A program made the position numbers and the translations under genes. The notes beneath the pieces are model-generated. The model made no database searches and was not told the DNA's origin. It saw nothing but the letters and a program-made list of their open reading frames with translations. Below are positions 1 through 9,461 of a stretch of DNA of 64,000 nucleotides, one piece after another (position 1 is the stretch's first letter; each line of letters begins with the position of its first letter). The DNA comes from Pseudomonadota bacterium (GTDB lineage: Bacteria > Pseudomonadota > Gammaproteobacteria > Ga0077536), in the NCBI GenBank assembly GCA_036339995.1, contig JAYYZW010000092.1, positions 3,116-67,115 on the forward strand, in the 5' to 3' direction.

Positions 1-237
1 TGCAGTTTGCATGACATCAAGAATCTCGACAGCCGCGGTATCCCCGGCGCTTACGTCGCGTCGAGTGCGTTCGTGACGGCGGCCGATACCCAGGGGAAAG
101 CACTCGGATTCCATCCCAAGCGGGTATTCGTCCCGCACCCCATTCAGGATCGTACCGATGAAGAGGTGCGCGCGATGGCGGACGACGCCTTCGCGGCGAT
201 CTACGCGATGGTTTACACGGAATCTTCCGAGGATTGA
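1..237 (+). CDS. UGSC-family (seleno)protein, C-terminal part; 5' end lies outside the window
   Basis: Frame 1 is open from base 1: CSLHDIKNLDSRGIPGAYVASSAF...VFVPHPIQDRTDEE. This matches my recollection of the segment following the U/C-G-S-C motif in UGSC-family proteins. Confidence 0.7.
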   Translation, partial: CSLHDIKNLDSRGIPGAYVASSAFVTAADTQGKALGFHPKRVFVPHPIQDRTDEEVRAMADDAFAAIYAMVYTESSED

Positions 238-269
238 TCAGGCGTTCGCCTTCGTGGTTGCGTATAACG

Positions 270-292
270 TTCGCCCGCAAGCGGGCTCCTAC
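270..292. repeat. GTAG-family REP-like palindrome
   Basis: TTCGCCCGCAAGCGGGCTCCTAC, with a degenerate inverted partner GTAGGAGACCG at 305. Lies between convergent genes. Confidence 0.7.
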
Positions 293-383
293 GTATGACC
301 GGGGGTAGGAGACCGTCGCGGCCGGACCGCGCGATCCGCCCCAAAGATCCCGGAGCAGGCACGGTCTCAGCCGTCACGGCCAC

Positions 384-1556
384 TCAATCCGAAGCCAGTC
401 GCAGCCTTCCTGCAATGTTATTGCGCTGCATGTTGGAACTGCCACCGACGATCGGCATGCACATGAGATCGCGCACGTAACGTTCCATGTCGTACTCCTC
501 CGCAAGGCCGTACGCGCCCATGATCTGCTGGCAGCTGAGCGCGATCTCAAGTGCGGATTCGCCGATAAAGAGTTTCGCCATGGAGCTCTCAACCGAGCAG
601 GGTTTACGTTCGTTCGCCAACCACGCCGCATGGTAGAGCATGTGATCGCAGGCTTGCAGCTTGGTCTTGGCATCGACCAAAGCATGTCTGACGGCCTGGT
701 GTGATGAGATCACTTTCCTGAACTGCTTGCGAACTTGCGCGTAGTTCCACGCGTCCTCCACCGCCGCGTGCGCTGTGCCAAGCGCGAACGCCGTGATCTC
801 GAGCCGTTCGACGTCGAGCGCCGGGCCGATGAGTTTCGGCCAGCCGGCATTCCAGCCCTCCTCCCCCCCGATGATATGGCTGGCGGGCACCTCGACGTCG
901 TCGAAAATGACGTCTCCCGTCGTGGTGTACCGGATCCCCGTGTGTGCGATGTCGTTGAAGCTGATGCCGGGACTGTCGGTCGGTACCAGGACGAAGGAAA
1001 GGTTCTTGTACCGCGGTGCATCGGGATCGGATTTAACGAGACAGTAAATATAGTCCGCGTCGCGGGCTGCGGAGCACCAGCGCTTGGTACCGTTGATCAC
1101 AACCGCGTCGCCGCCCTGCGTCCGCCTGGCGGTAGTCGTCACCGAGGCGAGATCGCCGCCGACATCAGGTTCCGATAAGCCATAAGCAAACAGAATTTCG
1201 CCCCTGGCAAGCTTCGGCAGGTATTCACGCTTCTGCGCTTCACTGCCGCTCTCCGAGATATTCATGCCGCCGTAAAAGGCGATGTGGATGTACGGTCCCG
1301 CGAGGTGCATGCTGCGCCGTGAGAGCTCTTCGATGACGACGATGGCGGCGACGACGTCGCGCCCCAAGCCGCCGTATTCCTCATCGATGGTCAGCCCGCA
1401 GACACCCAGATCCACCATCTTGGCGATGGCGTCGCGCGGCATGTGCCTCTCCCTGTCCCACTGCCTGACCAGTTCGCGCGGCATTTCCTCCTCGACCAGG
1501 CGCTTGAGCTGCCGCCGCAGTATCGTGATGTGTTCGGGTTCTTCCTGGAAGTACAT
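384..1556 (-). CDS. acyl-CoA dehydrogenase family protein
   Basis: Motifs YGLSEPDVGGD, INGTKRWCS, RKQFRKVIS, QIMGAYG. Start moved to MYFQEE because the upstream extension overlaps a REP. Confidence 0.93.
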   Translation of the reverse strand: MYFQEEPEHITILRRQLKRLVEEEMPRELVRQWDRERHMPRDAIAKMVDLGVCGLTIDEEYGGLGRDVVAAIVVIEELSRRSMHLAGPYIHIAFYGGMNISESGSEAQKREYLPKLARGEILFAYGLSEPDVGGDLASVTTTARRTQGGDAVVINGTKRWCSAARDADYIYCLVKSDPDAPRYKNLSFVLVPTDSPGISFNDIAHTGIRYTTTGDVIFDDVEVPASHIIGGEEGWNAGWPKLIGPALDVERLEITAFALGTAHAAVEDAWNYAQVRKQFRKVISSHQAVRHALVDAKTKLQACDHMLYHAAWLANERKPCSVESSMAKLFIGESALEIALSCQQIMGAYGLAEEYDMERYVRDLMCMPIVGGSSNMQRNNIAGRLRLASD

Positions 1557-1577
1557 TGGGTTTGCTCCGGTCGTTGA

Positions 1578-1641
1578 ATTCGCCAGCAAACGGGCTCCTA
1601 CGGGAGGCTTCGATGATGTAGGAGCCCGCTTGCTGGCGAAT
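1578..1641. repeat. inverted REP doublet (REPIN-like)
   Basis: ATTCGCCAGCAAACGGGCTCCTAC (1578-1601) and GTAGGAGCCCGCTTGCTGGCGAAT (1618-1641) form a long hairpin. Confidence 0.8.
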
Positions 1642-1660
1642 ATTATGTCGCAAGGCTTTC

Positions 1661-2455
1661 CTAGTTCCCGGTGAAATTGGCGGCCCGCTTTTCGATAAAG
1701 GCGTTGACGGCCTCCTGATGATCCGCGGTCAGGTTGGTCAAGGCTTCATAGGGCAGGCTGGCATCCATCAGTTCCGCCGCGATTCGGCGCAGTGGAATGT
1801 TCGCGGTAATCTTGGTGAAGCGGATGGACTTGGTCGCACCATTGGCGAGCCGATCGGCAATTTCGTTCGTCTTCTGGTCGAGTTCCTCCGGCGGCACCAG
1901 ATGATTGAGCAGGCCGTACTTGTCGGCTTCGTGCGCCTTCAGCATGTCGCCAAGCATGAGCAGTTCCTTCGCCTTGTTGAATCCGATGAGCTGCGGCCAG
2001 ATCACGCAACCGCCGTCACCCGCGACGAGGCCCATGCACACATGGGGGTCGCCGATCAGTGCCTTCTCCGAAGCGATGACGATATCGCACAACAGTGCGA
2101 TGGTAGCGCCGAGCCCGGCAGCCGCCCCATTCAGCCGGCAGATGATGGGTTTTTCGAGCTCCAGCAATCCGAACACAATAGCCTTTGCCTCGGGCATCAG
2201 GCGTTCGAATAGGACGGGATCGTCGATCATCTTCTGGAACCACGCCGTATCCCCGCCCGCGCAGAATGCCCGCCCCTCACCAGTCAGGACGATGACGTCG
2301 CTGTCCGGATCCTTCTGCAGATCGTAGAACACGCTCGCCATTTCAGTATGCATCTGAGCGTTGACCGCGTTCATCTGCTCGGGTCGATTAATGATCGCCG
2401 TCAGAATATTTCCGCGACGCTCGAACTTGAACGTTTCGTATGCATTTAAGTCCAT
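1661..2455 (-). CDS. crotonase / enoyl-CoA hydratase-isomerase family protein
   Basis: Motifs INRPEQMNA, RAFCAGGD, KPIICRLNGAAAGLG, GDPHVCMGLVAGDGG. Confidence 0.93.
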   Translation of the reverse strand: MDLNAYETFKFERRGNILTAIINRPEQMNAVNAQMHTEMASVFYDLQKDPDSDVIVLTGEGRAFCAGGDTAWFQKMIDDPVLFERLMPEAKAIVFGLLELEKPIICRLNGAAAGLGATIALLCDIVIASEKALIGDPHVCMGLVAGDGGCVIWPQLIGFNKAKELLMLGDMLKAHEADKYGLLNHLVPPEELDQKTNEIADRLANGATKSIRFTKITANIPLRRIAAELMDASLPYEALTNLTADHQEAVNAFIEKRAANFTGN

Positions 2456-2619
2456 TTTCGTTCTCCCGTGGATCGATCGCCGAAGGCGATTACCCGACGG
2501 ATATTACCCGAACAGATCGAGCCCCCGTTCGTCGAAGCACCACTCGGCCGAGGGAGGATACGTTGGTGATGCCGGTTGGGCCGGGCAGGCCTTGTGCGAG
2601 ATACCGACTGGATAGACGT

Positions 2620-3021
2620 TCAGATGACCGCCGTCGCGTCGATCTCAATCAACAGGCCGTCCACAAATAACGCGGACACACCGATCAGGGTGCTGGCAGG
2701 AGCAGGCACTTCGTCGAAAAATGCCGCCACTACCGGCAGCAGGAACTCAAGGCAAGCTGGATCATAGTTGACGACGTAATAACGCATGCGAACCAGGTCC
2801 TTGACACCCGCTCCGGCAGCCGCCAACGCCAGATGCAGGTTATCGAGAGCTTTTTCGCTCTGAGCGATCAAATCGCCGATACCTATGACATTCCCCTCCG
2901 TATCGAACGCGACCTGCCCCGCGATGTGGATGGTCGTATCGCCCGTGCTCGTGACGATCTGCGTATAGCTGTTACCTTCTGGAGTGAACAAGGTATCCGG
3001 ATTTAGATGCTTGTTGGGCAT
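2620..3021 (-). CDS. Rid (RidA/YjgF/UK114) family protein
   Basis: Motifs IHIAGQVAFD and PASTLIGVSALFVDGLLIEIDATA. Confidence 0.9.
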   Translation of the reverse strand: MPNKHLNPDTLFTPEGNSYTQIVTSTGDTTIHIAGQVAFDTEGNVIGIGDLIAQSEKALDNLHLALAAAGAGVKDLVRMRYYVVNYDPACLEFLLPVVAAFFDEVPAPASTLIGVSALFVDGLLIEIDATAVI

Positions 3022-3222
3022 GTTGCCTCCCTCATTTTGGGTATGTGAGTCGATGCCAGGCCGACGCTCGGATCGCGCGGGAAAATGGGCGGCGAACGAC
3101 TAGACTTAAAGGCACGAGCGCCCGTGTGCTTCGATCAACGAGGCGTCGTACCCCAATCGCCTCGCGTGCCCGTGAAGGCAGCGGCGATCGCCCGCTGTCT
3201 GTATCCTTCGATCAGTGGCGAG

Positions 3223-3912
3223 TCAGGTTTCACTCCGTTCGGATTCCTCTGACACCGGATCCGGTTCAGCGGGCGCTGTGGGCGGGGTACTGTCCACCGC
3301 GCCGGCATAGGCGGCAGCGGGTGTTTTCTGCTTGATGACGTCGATCAAGTCGGCGGGCGTGCCTTCCCGTAAAACCGAGTGAAACTGCGCTCGATACAAT
3401 ATGACCGCACTCACGCCCGCGACGACGAGATCATAAGCCGTCCATTTTTCATGACGAAGCACCATGCGAACTTCGACCGGTACTTCCAGGCCCTGCCAGA
3501 TCACGTCGGCCCCGACTGATACGCGGGTATCGGACTTGAAAATCTGCTCAGCGAATTCAATTCGCTGCCCGTTGTAACGATCCTGCAGCCGGGAAAGGTA
3601 ATACCGACACAGAAACGTGGCGAACACATCAACGAACTCCATTTGCTCCTCGGCACTGAATCTTTTCCAATCCGACGCCAGCGACAATCGAACGAACAGG
3701 TTCGGATCGAAGATCTCCTGTGTGATCTCACACAGCTTGTCTAATTGAACTTCTCGGTTACCGTCCACCTCGTATCGCGGGTCTTCCAGTACGCCGATTC
3801 CGCGCGCGACGTTCTCGCGCAGAATATCGATCGGCTCTTCGGCCAGGGCAAACGGCGATAGGATAAAGAGCAACGCCGCCACGAGGGAGCGGCTGGTTTT
3901 AGATTTATTCAT
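3223..3912 (-). CDS. MlaC/Ttg2D-family periplasmic phospholipid-binding protein
   Basis: Signal peptide (..SPFALA-EE), RLSLASDWKRFS, WTAYDLVVAGVSAVILYRAQF. Start set at MNKSKT. Confidence 0.82.
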   Translation of the reverse strand: MNKSKTSRSLVAALLFILSPFALAEEPIDILRENVARGIGVLEDPRYEVDGNREVQLDKLCEITQEIFDPNLFVRLSLASDWKRFSAEEQMEFVDVFATFLCRYYLSRLQDRYNGQRIEFAEQIFKSDTRVSVGADVIWQGLEVPVEVRMVLRHEKWTAYDLVVAGVSAVILYRAQFHSVLREGTPADLIDVIKQKTPAAAYAGAVDSTPPTAPAEPDPVSEESERSET

Positions 3913-3982
3913 TTTTCTGATTATTCGGTGTCCCTTCGTAAATGAGGCGGCCGGACCATTATCGGGCGCAAAACGGATTCCA

Positions 3983-5773
3983 TCATTCTCCCTCATCCCC
4001 ATCACCGCCGAGCAGGCCAACAGGAGGCGGCACGACGTCGAGTCCTGTCGTCGCCGCCACAATCGCCCTGGCTTCGTCGCGGCCAAGCGCCATCGCATTG
4101 TCTTCGCTTACAACTGGCTGGAATACCCCCTCATCCGGTGCCGGCAGCCCAGGCTCGGCCTGCTTGACGTACAAGGTCTGGGTCGGGTAAGCGTATTCGA
4201 CCCCGAGGCGCTTCGCGAGACGCAGGCAATCGAGCAGGAACCGATGGCGTTCGCGTAACTCAGTACCCCAATCCGGCGCCTGCCAGAAAACGTAAACCAT
4301 AATGTTCAGCGACGCATCGGCGAATTCGTGGAAATAGACGTGATAGTAATCCTTGCGCATGTAGGGATGCTGGCGAACGATCTCCCGTATGCCTTCGCAG
4401 AAGGCCTCGATTCTTTCGGGCGGCGTGTCGTAGGCGATTGACAGCCTGCAGTTCAAACGCCTGAACCGGCGACTGCCCATGTTGTCGACGTTGGACGTAA
4501 TCAAAGTCGAGTTCGGGACCGACACCAAGGAATTGTAAAAAGTCCGGACGCGCGTGCTGCGAAAGCCGATGCGTTCGACCGTGCCTTCGACATCGCCGAT
4601 GATGACCCAGTCACCGACATGGAAGGTCTGGTCGAGCAGCACAGTGATGGAGCCGAACAGGTTGCCGGCGACGTCCTTAGCCGCGAGGGCAAACGCCAGA
4701 CCGCCAAGACCGAGGCCCGCCAGCAGGCTCGTGACATCGACGTCGAGATTATCCGCAATGAAGACCACGCCCATGACAGTGACAAAAACCTTTATGGTCT
4801 TGATTACGAGCGGGACCAGCGCGTCGTCCAGCTTGCTCTCGGTGCCGAGCGCCTTGTCCTTGAGGAATGCGCCCAGTAGATCCACCAGGCGATAGGCACC
4901 CCAGACCGTCGATATACAGGCCAGGAACTTGACCGCTACCAGGAGGACGACCAGTGCCTTCGCCGGCAAGCCAAGCAGGTTCAAGCCCGCCCACCACACG
5001 AAGGCCATGGCCATGAGACCGAGTGGGCGCAGGATGGAATCAGCGACCTCACGGAAGGATCCCGTGGCGAACCGAGCGCGCCAAATCCGGACCCCGAGAC
5101 TCAATAGCAACGACACCAGCTTATCGAGGGCGATGCCAAACAGGATGATCAGTAGGATCCCGAGCCACTGCCAGTTTTCTAGTACCAGCGTTCTCCCTTT
5201 CATCTCGGGAGACAATCGGCTACGCAGGCGCAAATGGAACGGCAGGTGACTCACACCAACCTGTTCCGTACCCTCGGCTTTTTGCTGCTCCACCAACTCG
5301 TCGAGGATGGCGGGAAGCGCTTCGATGGTTTCAACACCAAAGCGCCAACCCTCGTTTTGCTTGAAAACGATCGCAATCTTGCCCTGTGCGTAGGTCTGAA
5401 AAACGTAGGGATCGCCTTTCTCACGGGTCGAAATACGCTTCGTATCCGGCACGCGGGTACGGTCGATGACCTCCTGCAGGATCCACACGAGATCCCGACC
5501 TTTCTCGCCACGGACCAACGAGCTGACTTCCGAAAGATCGAGGGTCGAGATGGCCCGTTCGATTTTCGTCTCATCACCGCCTATGGCGGCTTTCATGGAG
5601 GCGAGAAAGGTGTCCATAGTCGCCCGGGGAGACTTGAAGCTGTCGGGGATAGAAGGCAGTTCGGACGCCGGTGCAGGTCGATCGACCGTGATCTGGGCGT
5701 AGGCGGGTACCGCGAAAAACCACGCGGCGATGAAACTGAAACCCAAAGAGCGGCGCATGGCCCTATTTATCAT
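3983..5773 (-). CDS. MscS-family mechanosensitive channel with N-terminal periplasmic domain
   Basis: Motifs LLAGLGLGGLAFALAAKD, GTVERIGFRSTRVRT, VPNS; signal peptide. Start codon uncertain (5773 or 5758). Confidence 0.92.
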   Translation of the reverse strand: MINRAMRRSLGFSFIAAWFFAVPAYAQITVDRPAPASELPSIPDSFKSPRATMDTFLASMKAAIGGDETKIERAISTLDLSEVSSLVRGEKGRDLVWILQEVIDRTRVPDTKRISTREKGDPYVFQTYAQGKIAIVFKQNEGWRFGVETIEALPAILDELVEQQKAEGTEQVGVSHLPFHLRLRSRLSPEMKGRTLVLENWQWLGILLIILFGIALDKLVSLLLSLGVRIWRARFATGSFREVADSILRPLGLMAMAFVWWAGLNLLGLPAKALVVLLVAVKFLACISTVWGAYRLVDLLGAFLKDKALGTESKLDDALVPLVIKTIKVFVTVMGVVFIADNLDVDVTSLLAGLGLGGLAFALAAKDVAGNLFGSITVLLDQTFHVGDWVIIGDVEGTVERIGFRSTRVRTFYNSLVSVPNSTLITSNVDNMGSRRFRRLNCRLSIAYDTPPERIEAFCEGIREIVRQHPYMRKDYYHVYFHEFADASLNIMVYVFWQAPDWGTELRERHRFLLDCLRLAKRLGVEYAYPTQTLYVKQAEPGLPAPDEGVFQPVVSEDNAMALGRDEARAIVAATTGLDVVPPPVGLLGGDGDEGE

Positions 5774-5984
5774 CGGTCCTGTCTCGAATGTCATCCAGTG
5801 CCGCCGGTGAGTCCGGCGCCAGCCGCGCACCATATCGCATCTGCAGGGATCACTCGACCTCGTCGATTGACATAACGCAATCTCAGCCGCTACGAAGGAT
5901 AAGATTGGAGCGTGCCTAGGCAATATTTCGAGATGGCGCGGGACTACATCGCGGCATGACCGGGCAAATGGGGAGCGAAAAACC

Positions 5985-6398
5985 ATGCCTGATGCGTTGA
6001 TCGGCGGCTGCATGTGCGGGGCCGTGCCCGACACCTGCAAAACCGAACCCGCCGCGACGATGGTTTGTCACTTCCTCGATTGCCTGAAGCGTTCAGGCAG
6101 CCCGTTCCTGACTACGATGTTCTATCTCCAAAGCGATCTCGAAATGAGCGGTGAGCCGAAATTCTTCGATAAGGGAACCGATGCCGCAAACGTGATGACG
6201 CGAGCATTCTGTGGTACCTCCGGTAGCCACCTATCCGGAACCACGACCGGATATTTTGGTCACGTCTTCGTTGCGGCCGGCACCTTGGATGATCCCTCCC
6301 GGGTGACCCCGAATGTGCGATGCTGGATGCCAAGGAGCCTGCATTGGCTCGAAAGCGTCACCGGATTGAAGGGATTCGAGAAGGACCCCGAGATATAA
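5985..6398 (+). CDS. GFA (glutathione-dependent formaldehyde-activating/CENP-V) family protein, degenerate
   Basis: GGCMCGAV, CHFLDC, RAFCGTSGS, GTLDDP. Two canonical Cys are substituted. Confidence 0.75.
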   Translation: MPDALIGGCMCGAVPDTCKTEPAATMVCHFLDCLKRSGSPFLTTMFYLQSDLEMSGEPKFFDKGTDAANVMTRAFCGTSGSHLSGTTTGYFGHVFVAAGTLDDPSRVTPNVRCWMPRSLHWLESVTGLKGFEKDPEI

Positions 6399-6423
6399 TT
6401 TCCGGCCTCCTGAGCCCGGATTA

Positions 6424-7083
6424 CTACGCGGCAGAGCGGGCTTCGATACCTTGATTCAAGCGTGCCATCAGTTCGTCCGCGCTCAAGAGCTCCGAGATAT
6501 ACCCTTGCTTGAGAGTCTCGACGGTGTACTTGTGGATCGTGGCCGCTGGTGTGCCGTCGTCCGTATCGAAAGTGCAATTCAGATCGTCGACGAAGATCAC
6601 GTCGTAGTCACGGTTGAATGCGTCGATCGAGGTCGCCATGCAGCAGAAGTTCGTCGCCATGCCGATGACGACGCACGTGTTGCGTCCTTGGAAAGGCGGG
6701 TTGTTCATGACGACGTCGAGTTTGGTGTTCCAGAACAGGCTGTACTTCGGTTTAGGAAGGTAGACCTCGTATTCGTTGAAGGCCTTGGGCTTCAATTCGT
6801 CGACGAGTTCGACGCCCTTGGTGCCTGAATTCAGTGCGACGCCGTCGCTAATCGGCCCCCAGCGATCGAGCAAGCTTCCTCTCATGTCGGTTGAGACGCC
6901 GTGCGCGATCGGGACCTTGTGGTCGCGCGCGAACTTGAGCAATTGTCCCATCTTGCCGTACATATCGCGGCCTTCGTCAATCGCGAAAGGCTCTCCCTCC
7001 AGCAGGAAGTCGTTGATCATGTCGAGGCACAGGATGATGGCGTCGTTCGCGAGGGGCTTGTCCGAGTCTATTCGGCTGTACAT
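6424..7083 (-). CDS. isochorismatase-family cysteine hydrolase
   Basis: Asp (LDMINDF), Lys (PKPKYS) and Cys (GMATNFCC) triad; AGGAGG RBS. Confidence 0.9.
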   Translation of the reverse strand: MYSRIDSDKPLANDAIILCLDMINDFLLEGEPFAIDEGRDMYGKMGQLLKFARDHKVPIAHGVSTDMRGSLLDRWGPISDGVALNSGTKGVELVDELKPKAFNEYEVYLPKPKYSLFWNTKLDVVMNNPPFQGRNTCVVIGMATNFCCMATSIDAFNRDYDVIFVDDLNCTFDTDDGTPAATIHKYTVETLKQGYISELLSADELMARLNQGIEARSAA

Positions 7084-7303
7084 GGTGTGGTCCTCCTTTC
7101 GCGCACATACCCCACAATTCTATGATGCGCATCCCGAATTTTCTATAAAGCGTCTCAGGATCAAGAACGATACGGGCTAGGCCGACGCAAACCACGGGCA
7201 TTTGTGCCCGGTACGTATCATTCCGCAATGTTCTGCTAAAGGCACTACCCGGCGCGGCCGCTAAGGATTCTGTACTTCCAATCGGTACGGGACGGCTATA
7301 CCG

Positions 7304-7917
7304 ATGATCCCGAGAGATCTGCTGAAAAAACTATTTTCCCGCGGGTTCGGCGACCTGCTGATCCTGCACGTGTCGGGGTCAACCATGCTCCTCGGCAACA
7401 TCTTGTTCGAAAAAGACAAAATGACCCTGAAAGAGCACGGCTTCGTCAAGGGCCTCACGCCCGAGCAGGTCGCGCCCTGTCTCGAATCGGGCGCAATCGG
7501 AGCGCTGTGCAGTCTCGACGACACTGAATGGGAAAGCCTCTCCGTCCTTGGCATCGACCACTGTGAAATTCACGGCGATCTGTCTGCGACGCGCACCAAT
7601 CTGCTGGCCCACTTACGCAACCAGTACGGCGATACCTTGATGGGCTTCGTGGGCAGCGTCTACCGCGGCTTCAAATTGATGCTGGACAGCAACCTGATCC
7701 CGGTCGTGGTGCTAGACGAGGTCGAGACCAAAACGGTATCAGCGGCCTGAGCGTCTGCGCTTTGTGCCTGGCCTCGGTGCCACTGTCCACCATTCACATC
7801 GCCTACGAATATCAGAAGCTGTTCGTCGAAAGGAATCTGACCGTGACAGTCGAGGATTGCGAAATCGATCCCGAAGAATTCAACGAGCTTTTTGGCACAT
7901 ATTTGCGAACCGCCTGA
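7304..7917 (+). pseudogene. hypothetical protein, frameshifted (or sequencing indel) near 7730
   Basis: The ORF stops at 7750. Adding one A to the AAAA run at 7730-7733 continues it as KNGISGLSVCALCLASVPLSTIH...FNELFGTYLRTA* to 7917 with protein-like composition. Confidence 0.6.
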
Positions 7918-7989
7918 GCGACACAAGCACCCCCGTCAACGATCACGTCAACCGTGCGCGGCAATCTGCCGTACACTCACGTTTCCATT

Positions 7990-8259
7990 TAGAACCCATC
8001 TCAAAATTATTCGGGCCAACCTTGCCCCCTGGAAATCGGGGTTGCAAGGCGCAGCGCGCAGGGCATGGTGGTTCCATGTTCAAGCACTGTAACGCAGCAA
8101 ACGCGGTTTTCAGGGGGCAACCCGAAGGGCTGGTGGCCGTTTTCGCACGTTTCGGCGTTGCTCGTCGCTCATTTAGCGGTGCTAAACAGCACTCCTCGCG
8201 CTTTGAACTGCACGAAAACGGCCGCTAGCGTGGGCCCCAATAATTTGAGATGGGTTCTA
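7990..8259. mobile_element. MITE-like non-autonomous element, ~270 bp
   Basis: Terminal inverted repeats TAGAACCCATCTCAAAATTATTCGGGCC (7990-8017) and GGCCCCAATAATTTGAGATGGGTTCTA (8233-8259). No transposase inside. Confidence 0.75.
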
Positions 8260-8291
8260 GACACTGCTTAGCTGTTCGGCCGGCGTGTTAT

Positions 8292-9125
8292 TCACAAGAG
8301 TTGGATCGACAATGGATTGAGATCCATGCCCCTTACTTCTACCGTCCAACATTCGCCCGGATGTATGTAGGGAATCTCCGTCAGGGTACCGGTCGTGATG
8401 ACCTCGCCCGTCCGGAGATCTTCCGCCCAATCCTGTGTATCGAGCGCGTCCATGAGAAACCCCAGCGTGTTGAGGGGTCCCCCGAGGGCGTTGCTTCCGA
8501 CGCCCGTGTCGATGAGGCTGGAATCGCACCGCAATGACACCGTCAACTCCTCGAGCGTGCGCGTCAGCGCAGGTCTAGAGCGCTCGTCGACCTTGAGCGG
8601 CTCGCCCACGATCAGGCGCGAATGCGCACCGAAATCCGCGATGATCTCGGCGGCCGTGAACTGCCAATCGGCGAAATGACAGTCGACGATTTCGAATCCG
8701 ATCGCAACCCACTCGATAGCGTCGACCATCCCGGCGGTATCGTCGCGGACATCGGGTATTGCTTTGAGTTTCAAGACCACCTCGGGCTCGATCCGAGGCG
8801 CCACGAGGCCGCTGACAGCGATTTCTAACAATCGCCGGTCGGCAAAATTCAAGGTCCGGTCGTAGACGTAGGCCCAGATCGGGGTCGCCAGATCGAATTC
8901 CCGCCAGGTCGCTTTATTGGTGAAGCCGAGCTTGCGTCCTGCGGGTACAAAGCCTTCCTGGCGCAAGCGGGCATCGACTTCGGCATACACCGTATAGCCG
9001 TCTTTGAGTTCGAATCGATCGAGGCCGCTCCCGGGACGTTCGATCATTCGACCGTGCGCTTTCGCCTCTAGAAGAAGCGTCGCGATTTCTTTCGTACGGG
9101 CATGGCCCATTCGAACGTTTTTCAT
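8292..9125 (-). CDS. 2-keto-4-pentenoate hydratase-like (FAH superfamily) protein
   Basis: Motifs GRKLGFTN, PRIEPEV, GFEIVD, IADFGAH, GEVITTGTLT. Confidence 0.88.
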   Translation of the reverse strand: MKNVRMGHARTKEIATLLLEAKAHGRMIERPGSGLDRFELKDGYTVYAEVDARLRQEGFVPAGRKLGFTNKATWREFDLATPIWAYVYDRTLNFADRRLLEIAVSGLVAPRIEPEVVLKLKAIPDVRDDTAGMVDAIEWVAIGFEIVDCHFADWQFTAAEIIADFGAHSRLIVGEPLKVDERSRPALTRTLEELTVSLRCDSSLIDTGVGSNALGGPLNTLGFLMDALDTQDWAEDLRTGEVITTGTLTEIPYIHPGECWTVEVRGMDLNPLSIQLL

Positions 9126-9162
9126 TCGGATTAGCTATTTTTGCGTTCCGCGACGGATTCGG

Positions 9163-9217
9163 TTCGCCAGCAATAAATCCCTACGGTTCTGTCCGCCTAG
9201 GAGCCCGCTTGCGGGCC
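9163..9217. repeat. degenerate inverted REP doublet
   Basis: TTCGCCAGCAATAAATCCCTAC ... CTAGGAGCCCGCTTGCGGGCC. Confidence 0.65.
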
Positions 9218-9461
9218 AGTGACCTTTCCAGCTTAGACTATAAAACGTCCTGCCATCCGAAACACCCTTTCAACCGCTGCGATCGCGTGCCGTGTCTGAT
9301 CCCCTCCTTGCCATGACACTGAAAAAACACGGTGAGGCGGGCCAAGGCGACCGGAATTTCCATGCAATATGAGGCGCCATTCGGCTTCTTCAGACGCCGT
9401 CCGCGTAGCGACCGTGCAAACGCTTTTTCCCTTACTCAATGCCGGCTACACTCAGCGTGTC

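Noticed and set aside
7748-7750. TGA as a possible further Sec codon
   Set aside because: No redox motif context, and the protein-like continuation is in a different frame, so a frameshift fits better.
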